Assembly (NCBI GenBank): GCA_964352855.1
Contig: CAYGTR010000013.1
Location: forward strand, 3,782-67,781
Direction of reading: 5' to 3'
From: an uncultured Algimonas sp.
GTDB lineage: Bacteria; Pseudomonadota; Alphaproteobacteria; Caulobacterales; Maricaulaceae
Length of the DNA: 64,000 bases
The notes under the pieces were generated by a model that had not been told where the DNA came from, did no database searches, and saw nothing but the letters and a program-made list of their open reading frames with translations. Of the stretch, positions 37,422-46,905 are shown in pieces. Both the position numbers and the translations under genes were made by a program. Position 1 is the stretch's first letter. Every line of letters starts with the position of its first letter.

Positions 37422-38201
37422 CTAAGGCAAGATTAGTCCTAATCGAATAGCCTGCGTGACAGTATGCGTGCGGTTGGTTGTCCCTAACCGCTTTGATAGA
37501 TTTTTAAGATAATCACGTATGGAATATTCAGATATTTTTAAAATCGTTCCAATTTCCCAATTCGTCTTTCCGCGCGCAACGAGCGTTAAAACTTCACGCT
37601 CCCTATCCGTCAGCGTTAAAAGCTTGGGCTCTTCGGGCATTTCAGTCAGTTGATTGAGACGCTCAAACGCTTTGCGTACCAAAACTTCTAGCGCCACAAG
37701 ATCTTCGAGAGACAGTTCAAAATCGGTTGCACGACCCAGCGACATCAATCCCGGTGCAGTTCGCACCTGTAAAATGGGAAAGCAAATCCCAAATTTCAGG
37801 CCATGTGATTGTGACCGTCTCACATGCGCTATTTGGTCTTCTGACAAGGCTTCGAATGCCTCACGCCATCTAAAGGGAACTGAAACGCGAAACCCGTGAA
37901 GAACCAATGGGCTACGGGTCATCAAATCCCCCGTCTCCACCAGCTCTTTCATCAATGCATCAGCCCCGCGGGACAGATGGAACTGACGCGGTATATCTCT
38001 TGGGGATTGGTTGCCTTTTTTGGGTGGGAGCAAACGCCCCATAGAGGCGAAGGTAAATTCAAACGCTGCAATGGACTCGCAAAATACATCAAAGGTCATT
38101 TGAGGCGTTCCCGCCTCAGCGATCGCATGTGTCCATGTCTTGAGACTATTTATATCAAATTTAGAAGGGTCAGAATTGTGACCTTGCATCGTCGCAAGCA
38201 T
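37422..38201 (-). CDS. LuxR-family transcriptional regulator with autoinducer-binding-like N-terminal domain (LuxR solo)
   Basis: C-terminal HTH LTDREREVLTLVARGKTNWEIGTILKISEYSIRDYLKNLSKRLG. The N-terminal domain has autoinducer-domain-like spacing. Strong GGGGAGG SD 7 nt before the ATG at 38201; the ORF extends to 38303. Confidence 0.85.
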   Translation of the reverse strand: MLATMQGHNSDPSKFDINSLKTWTHAIAEAGTPQMTFDVFCESIAAFEFTFASMGRLLPPKKGNQSPRDIPRQFHLSRGADALMKELVETGDLMTRSPLVLHGFRVSVPFRWREAFEALSEDQIAHVRRSQSHGLKFGICFPILQVRTAPGLMSLGRATDFELSLEDLVALEVLVRKAFERLNQLTEMPEEPKLLTLTDREREVLTLVARGKTNWEIGTILKISEYSIRDYLKNLSKRLGTTNRTHTVTQAIRLGLILP

Positions 38202-38392
38202 ATATAAGCCTCCCCAATCGTTATAATATTCATACGCACCAAACTTAACTAAAGTTGCATATAATGAAGGTGTTAGTTTTAGAAAATTACATGCGCAGAG
38301 CATTTTCTTTTTAGCAATCTGCGAAATTCCTCTCTAGTCGCCGCCGTCTGAATCCCTTATGCAGACTATAAATTTATATACAGGATTTAAAC

Positions 38393-39238
38393 ATGACTGA
38401 CACCTCATCAGCATTTGAAGGTTTCCCCCAAGGCACACTCATGAAGGGTAAGCGCGGACTCATCATGGGCGTGGCAAATAAGAACTCTATTGCGTGGGCA
38501 ATTGCTCGCCAACTCGCGGCTCAAGGCGCGGAACTGGCCTTCACCTATCAAGGCGATGCCTTATTACGCCGGGTGAAGCCTCTCGCCGAGAGCATTGGGT
38601 CGAACATTCTATGTGAATGCGACGTTACGGATGATGCTACAATGGACAGCACATTTGCAACATTGAAAGATAAATGGGGTAAGATTGACTTTCTTGTCCA
38701 CGCGATTGCCTTTGCGGGCAAAGATCAACTTGCGGGCTCATTTGTTGATAATACGACACGTGAAGGCTTTAAATCCGCAATGGATATTTCGGCTTATTCT
38801 TTTGTCGACTCCGCGCGTCGGGCCTCTGAGATAATGAATGATGGCGGATCAATGGTCACATTGACCTATTTAGGGTCTGAACGCGTAATTCCGAATTATA
38901 ACGTTATGGGCGTCGCGAAAGCCGCACTCGAGGCGTCTACACGTTACATTGCCGCCGATCTCGGCCCTCGCGGTATTCGCGTAAATGCGATTTCAGCCGG
39001 GCCAATTAAGACCTTAGCAGCCGCAGGTATCGGTTCAGGCCGCCATATGTTCCGCTTCAACAAAGCGGCGTCGGCACTTCAAGATAATACAGATCCGATG
39101 GGCGTTGCGGGTGCCGCGCTTTATCTTCTCTCTGACCTGGGATTATCCTGCACAGGCGAAACACATCACGTCGACGGCGGTTTCCATGCCATAGGAATGC
39201 CCCAAGAAGAGGCGCTGAAGGCAAGCTTGGAAAATTAA
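38393..39238 (+). CDS. fabI: enoyl-ACP reductase (NADH), FabI type
   Basis: GKRGLIMGVANKNSIAW cofactor motif and YNVMGVAKAALE (Y-x6-K). Confidence 0.92.
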   Translation: MTDTSSAFEGFPQGTLMKGKRGLIMGVANKNSIAWAIARQLAAQGAELAFTYQGDALLRRVKPLAESIGSNILCECDVTDDATMDSTFATLKDKWGKIDFLVHAIAFAGKDQLAGSFVDNTTREGFKSAMDISAYSFVDSARRASEIMNDGGSMVTLTYLGSERVIPNYNVMGVAKAALEASTRYIAADLGPRGIRVNAISAGPIKTLAAAGIGSGRHMFRFNKAASALQDNTDPMGVAGAALYLLSDLGLSCTGETHHVDGGFHAIGMPQEEALKASLEN

Positions 39239-39261
39239 ATCAGTCGCTAATATTTAGCGTT

Positions 39262-39696
39262 TTAATTCTTTAAGCGCGCAAAGAAATCAGACTTTATCTC
39301 TCTGGCTTCTTTTGCACAGAGCCCGATTTTTACATCTACACCCGCTTCTTGTAAAAGCGCCGCGCCGCGCCAGTGCACGCGCGGATCCGGATCAATCACA
39401 GCAATAAAGCATTCGGAAATTTGGGCCTCTATCAAGGCATTCGCACAGGGCCCTGTTTGTCCGTAATGAGAGCACGGCTCAAGCGTCACATAAGCGGTTG
39501 AGCCTTTGGCATCTGCGCCTGCGCTCATAAGGGCAATGGTTTCTGCATGAGGCCTGCCGCCATCGGCCGTGGCACCTTGGCCAATTATTTCACTTTTTTT
39601 GACAAGGACGCATCCAACGGCAGGGTTTTCTGCTGTTCGACCTTTTTGCGCCTCAGCCAATTGTAAAGCGAGGCGCATATATTTTTCATGATCCAT
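39262..39696 (-). CDS. stand-alone RibD-type pyrimidine deaminase domain (CMP/dCMP-deaminase zinc-binding fold)
   Basis: HAETIAL...PCSHYGQTGPC (H-A-E...PC..C zinc site) and an ENPAVGCVLV N-terminus, as in RibD. It is only 144 aa, and no reductase domain follows. Confidence 0.75.
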   Translation of the reverse strand: MDHEKYMRLALQLAEAQKGRTAENPAVGCVLVKKSEIIGQGATADGGRPHAETIALMSAGADAKGSTAYVTLEPCSHYGQTGPCANALIEAQISECFIAVIDPDPRVHWRGAALLQEAGVDVKIGLCAKEAREIKSDFFARLKN

Positions 39697-39975
39697 ACTA
39701 TCGCTATAGCAGGCTTATTTATTCAGACCAGTTCGCTCGCCTGATTAGCGGTTGAAAAATAGGTTTGAAATCACAACAAATGCAACATACATGATAGTCT
39801 CCTACGTCTTGTTATCGATACCTCTCTTATGCCTGAGCCTGTTGAGGTGAGAACAGACATTCCGTCATAACGTGCGCGCATTTTTGCAAGGCGCACAAAA
39901 GCACGTCACGATTTTACAGGATTCGGGCTTTTTTTGAGCAGTCTTTCGTAAACCGTGTGAAAGACTGAAATCTGT

Positions 39976-40701
39976 TTAAGCAATTTCGGGAAGGTCTTTC
40001 GCGCGGCTCTCATCCAGATAGCGCACAGATTTTGGTTTGAGCGTCTTCTCCTCCAGATTCAATAAAAGCGGATTCCCCGTTGGAAATTCAAATCCCGGAA
40101 TATCCTCATCAGCCACATCAAAAATATCTTTCATTAACGCCCGCAAACTATTCCCGTGTGCAGAAATAATGAGGTTTGACCCGGCTTTCAAAAACGGAAC
40201 AATTTGACCTTTGTAATAAGGCAAAACGCGTTCTGTCGTAATTTTCAAGCTCTCACCCGTAGGTAATTCTTTCGGATCAATATGGGCATATTTGGCTTCT
40301 TGGGAGGGATGAAATTTATGATCCATGTCGATTTGCGGTGGTGGTACGTCAAAACTACGGCGCCAAATATGAACTTGTTCATCACCATGTTTATCGCGGG
40401 TCTCTTGCTTATTCAGTCCTGTCAGCCCGCCATAATGCCGTTCATTCAAATGCCAGTCTTTCGTCACCGGAATATACATTTGATCAATGCCTTCGAGCGC
40501 CAGCCAAAGTGTCTTGATGGCACGTTTTTGATAGGACGTAAAAGCGGCATCAAATTGAATGTCTTCTTTGGCGATCAACTCACCTGCCTTAATCGCCTCG
40601 GCAATGCCCTTTTCCGTCAGGTCAACATCAACCCAACCTGTAAAGCGGTTCTCTAAGTTCCATTGTGATTGCCCATGACGAACAAGGATAAGTTTGGTCA
40701 T
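39976..40701 (-). CDS. gpmA: 2,3-bisphosphoglycerate-dependent phosphoglycerate mutase
   Basis: LILVRHGQSQWNLENRFTGW (RHG catalytic motif), ERHYG, and a second catalytic His in SAHGNSLRAL. Confidence 0.93.
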   Translation of the reverse strand: MTKLILVRHGQSQWNLENRFTGWVDVDLTEKGIAEAIKAGELIAKEDIQFDAAFTSYQKRAIKTLWLALEGIDQMYIPVTKDWHLNERHYGGLTGLNKQETRDKHGDEQVHIWRRSFDVPPPQIDMDHKFHPSQEAKYAHIDPKELPTGESLKITTERVLPYYKGQIVPFLKAGSNLIISAHGNSLRALMKDIFDVADEDIPGFEFPTGNPLLLNLEEKTLKPKSVRYLDESRAKDLPEIA

Positions 40702-40722
40702 TTTTTGATCTCCGATTTTACG

Positions 40723-43563
40723 CTAATGCGCATCGTTCCAATTTTTCGCGGCGTGTGCCTCGACGACAAGAGGCACGCTTATATTGACCGCAGGCATCGC
40801 GGCATTTTCCATTATTGGCTTGACAATCGCAATTAATTTATTGGCGTTATTTTCAGGCACCTCAAACACAAGTTCATCATGCACCTGTAAGAGCATCCGC
40901 GCGCCCTCAACACCGGAAATCGCCTCCGGCATTCTGACCATAGCACGTCTCATAATATCGGCAGCCGCGCCTTGAATAGGCGCATTAATCGCTTGACGCT
41001 CGGCAAAGGCCCGCATCATTTGATTGCGATCCGCTATGCCTTTGATGTGGCACTTCCGCCCAAAGATGGTTTTGACGAAACCATGCTCGCGAGCCTCTGC
41101 TTTTGTGTCTTCCATATAGGCCTTAATCCCCGGAAATTTTTCAAAATAGCGCTTGATATACTCACCGGCTTCTGTGCGGCTGATACCGATATTTTTCGCC
41201 AAGCCAAAAGCGCTGATGCCGTAAATAATACCGAAGTTAATAGCCTTGGCATTACGGCGGATTTCAGGGGTCATCTCTGACAACGGGACATCAAACATTT
41301 CGCTTGCCGTCAGCGCATGAATATCAACACCATCCGCGAAGGCTTGTTTCATCGTCTCAAGTTCGGCGACATGGGCCAGGATGCGTAATTCAATTTGCGA
41401 GTAATCTGCCGCGACCAAAACATGACCGCTTTCAGCTACAAAAGCATCACGGATTTTGCGACCTTCTTCTGTCCGTATCGGAATGTTTTGCAAGTTTGGA
41501 TCGGAGGAGCTTAAGCGCCCTGTTGTCGTGGCTGCCAAAGCGTAGCTGGTATGAACGCGACCTGTATTCGCATTGATTTGTGTGACAAGGGCATCCGTAT
41601 AGGTCGATTTTAACTTTGAATATCCGCGCCAATCTAATATTGTTTGTGGAAGCGCTTCACCCTTATCGGCGAGTGTCTCTAAAACATCATGGCCCGTTTG
41701 CCACGCGCCGGTCTTGGTTTTCTTTCCGCCTTCAAGACCCATTTGATCAAATAATATTTCACCAATTTGTTTCGGGGACCCCACATTAAATTTGGCTCCC
41801 GCCAATTCATAAGCTTCGTCCTCAAGCCCTGCCATTTTTTGGGCAAACATTGCGGACAACCGCGAAAGTTCGGCCCGATCAACCTTGATGCCTTGATTTT
41901 CCATCTGGGCCACAACGGCCGGCAATTGACGATCCATTGTCTCATAAACCGTCGTCACCTGTTCTTTCACCAATTTGGGTTTCAAAAATTTCCACAGCCG
42001 AAGTGTTACATCCGCATCTTCTGCCGCATAAGGCGTCGCGACATCCAATGAGATTTGGTCGAAGGTTTTTTGCGATTTACCCGTCCCTGCAATTTCTTTG
42101 AACGCAATAGGCTTATGCCCGAAATGCATCTCGCAGAGCTCATCCATGCCATGATTATGAAGACCCGTGCCCAGAACATATGAGATCAACATCGTGTCAT
42201 CATAAGGCGCAGGGTGCAGACCGTAGCGGTGAAACACACCAAGGTCATATTTGAAATTCTGGCCGACTTTTAAAACACCCGGTGCGTGAAGCAGAGGCTC
42301 TAATGTGGCCAAAGCCTCGTTGAAGGGGACTTGTTTCGGCGCATCCCCACCAAACATATCTCCGCTCGTGCCTGATGTAGCGCCGTTTCCACCGACATGG
42401 CCTAAGGGAATATAACAGGCTTCATTATCTTCCACTGCCAAACACACACCAACCATTTTCGCGGCAGCGCTATCGAGGCTATTGGTCTCCAAATCAACAG
42501 CGACAACACCCGTTTCAAAGGCGCGCTTGACCCAATGTTTGAGCGTCCCAATATCCTGCACGCACACATATTTCTCTTTGTCGAATACAACATTGCGAGG
42601 CGCTTCGAAATCGGCAGGACTTTTGATAATTGTATCGTCTTTGCGCAGTCCATCCGTTTCGCCTTCCCCTAAGGCAGCACGGACGCGAGCCGTCAATGTG
42701 CGGAAAGTCATTTCTTCCAAGAAATCAAATAAGACCTCAGCATCAGGATCAGATACAGCAATATCTTCGAGCGGAATATCAACAGGCACATCTGTCATAA
42801 GTGTCACGAGCTCAAGCGAAACGCGCGCATTATCGATATTAGACATCATTTTTTCACGGCGGCCCTTTTGCGGAATTTCGTCACATCTTTGTAAGAGCGT
42901 CTCTAAATCCCCGAATTCTTCGAGCAATGTGACAGCCGTTTTCACGCCTATGCCGGGGACACCGGGAATATTATCGACGCTGTCGCCCGCAAGCGCTTGA
43001 ATTTGGGTGACCATTTCAGGGCCCATGCCGAATTTTTCGATGACTTCAGAAATACCGATGTCTTTATTCTTCATCGTATCTAGCATTCTGACACGGTTAG
43101 ACACCAGTTGCATCAGGTCCTTATCCGAACTGATAATCGTCACACGCGCACCTTTCGCTTCGGCTTGCCTCGCATAAGTCGCGATGATGTCATCCGCTTC
43201 ATATCCCGACATTTCGATGGACGGCGCCCCAAAAGCGATCGTGGCTTGGCGAGTCAAAGGGAATTGTGGCACCAAATCTTCGGGCGGTGCGCCCCGATTG
43301 GCCTTATATTGGTCATAAATCTCGTTACGAAAGGTATGGCCGTTGGCATCGAATATAACGGCAAAATGCGTGGGGCGCGCATCGTCATTTTGTCCCTGTA
43401 GGAGTTTAAAGAGCATGTTGGAAAATCCGGCCACTGCCCCAATCGGGAGCCCATCCGTTTTACGCGTTAAGGGTGGTAAGGCGTGGTAGGCCCGGAAAAT
43501 ATAGCCGGAGCCATCCACAAGGACGACATGAGAATTTTTATCGACAGGGGTGGACGTGGACAT
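40723..43563 (-). CDS. polA: DNA polymerase I
   Basis: 946 aa. 5'-nuclease N-terminus (LVDGSGYIFRAYHA), 3'-5' exo region, and polymerase motifs ADYSQIELRILAH, RRNAKAINFGIIYG and LQVHDELVFE. Confidence 0.97.
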   Translation of the reverse strand: MSTSTPVDKNSHVVLVDGSGYIFRAYHALPPLTRKTDGLPIGAVAGFSNMLFKLLQGQNDDARPTHFAVIFDANGHTFRNEIYDQYKANRGAPPEDLVPQFPLTRQATIAFGAPSIEMSGYEADDIIATYARQAEAKGARVTIISSDKDLMQLVSNRVRMLDTMKNKDIGISEVIEKFGMGPEMVTQIQALAGDSVDNIPGVPGIGVKTAVTLLEEFGDLETLLQRCDEIPQKGRREKMMSNIDNARVSLELVTLMTDVPVDIPLEDIAVSDPDAEVLFDFLEEMTFRTLTARVRAALGEGETDGLRKDDTIIKSPADFEAPRNVVFDKEKYVCVQDIGTLKHWVKRAFETGVVAVDLETNSLDSAAAKMVGVCLAVEDNEACYIPLGHVGGNGATSGTSGDMFGGDAPKQVPFNEALATLEPLLHAPGVLKVGQNFKYDLGVFHRYGLHPAPYDDTMLISYVLGTGLHNHGMDELCEMHFGHKPIAFKEIAGTGKSQKTFDQISLDVATPYAAEDADVTLRLWKFLKPKLVKEQVTTVYETMDRQLPAVVAQMENQGIKVDRAELSRLSAMFAQKMAGLEDEAYELAGAKFNVGSPKQIGEILFDQMGLEGGKKTKTGAWQTGHDVLETLADKGEALPQTILDWRGYSKLKSTYTDALVTQINANTGRVHTSYALAATTTGRLSSSDPNLQNIPIRTEEGRKIRDAFVAESGHVLVAADYSQIELRILAHVAELETMKQAFADGVDIHALTASEMFDVPLSEMTPEIRRNAKAINFGIIYGISAFGLAKNIGISRTEAGEYIKRYFEKFPGIKAYMEDTKAEAREHGFVKTIFGRKCHIKGIADRNQMMRAFAERQAINAPIQGAAADIMRRAMVRMPEAISGVEGARMLLQVHDELVFEVPENNANKLIAIVKPIMENAAMPAVNISVPLVVEAHAAKNWNDAH

Positions 43564-43682
43564 AATGGCCTATTTTGGCTTAAAAGTTGCACGCTGTTTT
43601 TGAGGGGAAGTGCCGTGAAATTCAATAGCCTAGTCAGTATTCCCTTGTATAAAGTGCTTTAGGAAAAGGATAATGCGCGACA

Positions 43683-44615
43683 ATGTATCAAACGATTGAA
43701 GACATTGATGTCGAGATCGCCGAGACACCCAAATCTCGGTCAGGTATCTGGCCGTTTATTTTAGGTGTCCTCTCATTGGGCACCATTTTTACCCTGGTTT
43801 TTCTTAACAGCCCGGGCCCGGCGGTTAATTCTGCGAATATTCGTTCAGATGAGGCCGCGACAGAAGCTTATCGTAAAGCCATATCCGAGCCTAACCCCGC
43901 GCTGAGGCGTGCACGCCTGAACGACTACCTCCTCACAATTGAAAATCCGCCTCATGAAAAGGCGGTTATCGCACAAATTGATGTCATCAACCAATATGAG
44001 TTGGAAGACTGGGAACGTCTACAAAACGTGGTTTACGGCTATCGTTCTGATAAAGCGCAAAAAATAACAGCGCTGGAGGCCTATGAAAGCAAATGGGGTG
44101 CACCCGTTTTGGGCGCCAGAAATGAAGACCTTGTTGGTTTAAGAGCACAGATACTGGGTGAAGTCGAAAATGAGGATTTACCCGAGCGGCGCTTTACAGG
44201 CGGGCCGAGCCCCATACCCCAGACCATTCCTGATACAGAATTGGCTGGGGGACCACGCCCGATTATTACCTTTATGCCAACAAACAGACCAAATATGTCA
44301 TCTGGCGGCAATCCATTTGCGCCAGTAGAGACAACGCCCTTGAGGATTCGGCGTGACGTCGAGCCACGCTATCCGCGCAATGCCTTACGTCGCGATGTCG
44401 AAGCTTTGGTGACGCTCAAGCTTAATATTGATGAAGACGGCCGCGTTGCCATGACAGAGCTCGTCAGTATCGAAGCCGACCGCTATGAGCGCGACTTCGT
44501 TAAAGCTGCGGAACGCGCGGCTATGCGCTCACGCTATCACCCTCGCATCGAAAATGGTAGACCCATCGCTGTATCGGGGGTGGAAAAGCGCTACCGCTTT
44601 ACAATTGAAAACTAA
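43683..44615 (+). CDS. TonB-family protein (N-terminal TM anchor, C-terminal TonB domain)
   Basis: TM segment IWPFILGVLSLGTIFTLVFL, a Pro-rich middle, and a C-terminal P.YP..A.R....G.V.L...I..DG.V pattern (EPRYPRNALRRDVEALVTLKLNIDEDGRV). Confidence 0.7.
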   Translation: MYQTIEDIDVEIAETPKSRSGIWPFILGVLSLGTIFTLVFLNSPGPAVNSANIRSDEAATEAYRKAISEPNPALRRARLNDYLLTIENPPHEKAVIAQIDVINQYELEDWERLQNVVYGYRSDKAQKITALEAYESKWGAPVLGARNEDLVGLRAQILGEVENEDLPERRFTGGPSPIPQTIPDTELAGGPRPIITFMPTNRPNMSSGGNPFAPVETTPLRIRRDVEPRYPRNALRRDVEALVTLKLNIDEDGRVAMTELVSIEADRYERDFVKAAERAAMRSRYHPRIENGRPIAVSGVEKRYRFTIEN

Positions 44616-44626
44616 ATTGTCAGACC

Positions 44627-44815
44627 TTAATGTCTGCCGGGCACCGCATTTGTATCCAGTTTAAAAACGCGGTCACAATATTTACAAGTTACCTGAGTGT
44701 CCTGCCCCATGTCCAACCATGTTTTTGGGTGGCCCAAAGCACCACCTCCACCATCACAGGCGACACGTTTTTGTGTAACAATTATAACGTCATCATTTTC
44801 ATATGAATTTGACAT
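44627..44815 (-). CDS. zinc-finger (zf-CHCC, NDUFS6-like) domain protein
   Basis: 62 aa. VACDGGGGALGHPKTWLDM......VTCKYCDRVF matches the conserved alphaproteobacterial zf-CHCC small protein. Confidence 0.75.
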   Translation of the reverse strand: MSNSYENDDVIIVTQKRVACDGGGGALGHPKTWLDMGQDTQVTCKYCDRVFKLDTNAVPGRH

Positions 44816-44925
44816 GTCGAACCTGTTTATGATGTGTCATAGATGTCGTGTAGTTTTACGCGTCTGACTCGTCAACGACAGAAATCGTTGAGACCCATCT
44901 GACAGCATGAATATTAGGACTGAAA

Positions 44926-45867
44926 ATGACGGCTCCGGCAATTGAAATCAAAGATTTATGCAAAATATATAAGGCCAGTCGTAAAGCCCCTGCCAAAGAA
45001 GCCTTGAAAGGAATTGACCTTGTCGTTCCAAGAGGTTCGATCTTTGGGCTTTTGGGGCCAAATGGCGCGGGAAAGTCCACGATGATCAACATTCTGGCCG
45101 GTTTGGTGAACAAAACATCCGGAACGGCCAAAATTTGCGGCTATGATATTACAACACAAACGCGCCAAGCACGGGCCTCCATCGGCATCGTCCCGCAAGA
45201 AATCGCGATGGACGTCTTTTTCACGCCCGAACAAGCGCTCGAAATACAAGCCGGTTATTATGGAGTGCCTAAATCAGAACGGCGTACGCAGGAAATATTG
45301 GAGGCCTTAGGGCTAGCCGATAAACGCGATGCTTATGTCCGACAATTATCAGGCGGCATGAAGCGGCGGCTCCTCATTGCCAAAGCGCTCGTCCATAATC
45401 CACCTGTCCTAATTCTTGATGAACCCACAGCAGGCGTGGATATTGAGCTTAGGCGACAGCTTTGGGTCTATGTTGAGGAGCTTCATAAGCGCGGCACGAC
45501 GGTTATTCTGACAACACATTACCTAGAAGAAGCTGAAGCGTTATGTGATCAAATTGCGATCATTCACAACGGCGAAATTACAGCGAATGAATCCAAATCT
45601 TCTCTTCTGTCCCGGTTGGACAAACGCAAGCTCGTGATTACGCCGACGGATGCACTAGAAAATCTTCCGCAAAGCCTTAGCGACTTGGATGCTGAAATCA
45701 GTGCCGATGGGGATGTCGTGATTTCTTATCGGGCAGGCACGGACTCTATTTCGGGTCTGCTTAACCGCTTCAAAGAGGCCGGATTATCAATTGGTGATCT
45801 GAGAACAGAGGAACCTGATCTGGAGGACGTTTTCATGTCCCTCACCTATGACACAGACGCTGCATGA
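44926..45867 (+). CDS. ABC transporter ATP-binding protein (ABC-2/DrrA-like)
   Basis: Walker A GPNGAGKST, signature LSGGMKRR, Walker B LILDEPT, H-loop TTHY. Confidence 0.92.
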   Translation: MTAPAIEIKDLCKIYKASRKAPAKEALKGIDLVVPRGSIFGLLGPNGAGKSTMINILAGLVNKTSGTAKICGYDITTQTRQARASIGIVPQEIAMDVFFTPEQALEIQAGYYGVPKSERRTQEILEALGLADKRDAYVRQLSGGMKRRLLIAKALVHNPPVLILDEPTAGVDIELRRQLWVYVEELHKRGTTVILTTHYLEEAEALCDQIAIIHNGEITANESKSSLLSRLDKRKLVITPTDALENLPQSLSDLDAEISADGDVVISYRAGTDSISGLLNRFKEAGLSIGDLRTEEPDLEDVFMSLTYDTDAA

Positions 45868-46850
45868 TCAGGATTGGCGTTTTAGGGGCCGCAAAAATTG
45901 CTCCAAAAGCTATAATATGGCCCGCACAAGCGCGACTAGATTGCCGTATTCTCGCTGTCGCCAGTCGCGACTTAGGACGTGCGCAGAGGTTTGCTAAAGA
46001 ACATGATATTGAAATAACTCTGGATGATTACAAGGCTCTGGTCAGCCACCCTGATGTTGACTTGGTTTACAATGCCCTTCCGCCGCATCGCCATGCAGAC
46101 CTTACAATTGCGGCTTTGAAAGCCGGAAAATCCGTTCTTTGCGAAAAGCCCTTTGCCTTGAACAAACATGAAGCCGATGCAATGGTGTCTACGGCTGAGC
46201 TTTCAGATGGTTATCTTATTGAAGCTTTCCATTATTGTTTTCATCCGGCTGTGCTGAAATTCTTGCATATTATTCACAGCGGGCAGATTGGTAAAATTCT
46301 GGATATGGAGGGGGTTTTTAATGTCTCCATCCCAAATAAGCCGGGGGAACTGCGCTATCTTCCGAAGCTTGGAGGCGGCGCGATGATGGATTTGGGATGT
46401 TATGTTTTACATCTTTCCCGCCTCGTTTCACGCGCAGAACCAATCATCGGCGAGGTCTCTGCCCTTATGTCTGACTCGGGCGTTGATGTAGCGCTTGAAG
46501 CGCGTCTAAGTTTTGCAGGCATCAAAAGTCATATTCAATGTGATATGCGTGAAGGCACGGAACGTAAGATCTCATTCAAAGTTACAGGTGATGCAGGGAA
46601 CATTACATTTGACCAGTTTGTACACCCTTACAGACAGTTCTCAATTCGCTTAGAAACACAAAGAGAGACAAGCACATTTTCGCACAAAGATAAGGATGCT
46701 GATTATACGCGTTCAACTTATGACTATCAGCTTGATCATGTTATTGATGTCTTACGCGGCAATGCGAGCCCGCTAACGGGCGGTATGGACGCTATCAATA
46801 CGATGCAGGCAATTGATAAAATTTATGAGGCGGCAGGTTTGGAGAGATAA
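45864..46850 (+). CDS. Gfo/Idh/MocA-family oxidoreductase
   Basis: MIRIGVLGAAKIAPKA Rossmann start and a CEKP motif. 328 aa. The start overlaps the ABC ATPase stop (ATGA). Confidence 0.85.
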   Translation: MIRIGVLGAAKIAPKAIIWPAQARLDCRILAVASRDLGRAQRFAKEHDIEITLDDYKALVSHPDVDLVYNALPPHRHADLTIAALKAGKSVLCEKPFALNKHEADAMVSTAELSDGYLIEAFHYCFHPAVLKFLHIIHSGQIGKILDMEGVFNVSIPNKPGELRYLPKLGGGAMMDLGCYVLHLSRLVSRAEPIIGEVSALMSDSGVDVALEARLSFAGIKSHIQCDMREGTERKISFKVTGDAGNITFDQFVHPYRQFSIRLETQRETSTFSHKDKDADYTRSTYDYQLDHVIDVLRGNASPLTGGMDAINTMQAIDKIYEAAGLER

Positions 46851-46905
46851 GCATAGCTTCATTGAAAGCTTTCTTTAGATTATAAAACGGCCTAACACGC
46901 CCGCC

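Noticed and set aside
39791-39850. 19-codon + strand hydrophobic ORF (MIVSYVLLSIPLLCLSLLR), considered as a possible type I toxin-like peptide
   Set aside because: There is no Shine-Dalgarno, no recognisable antitoxin RNA arrangement, and it overlaps the better-supported - strand small ORF region. Treated as chance.
42482-43000. 172-aa ORF antisense to polA
   Set aside because: It is Ser/Thr-rich low complexity opposite a conserved region of DNA polymerase I, and so spurious.
44856-45249. 91-aa and 97-aa ORFs antisense to the ABC ATPase
   Set aside because: They lie opposite the Walker A region of a clearly real gene, with no start context.
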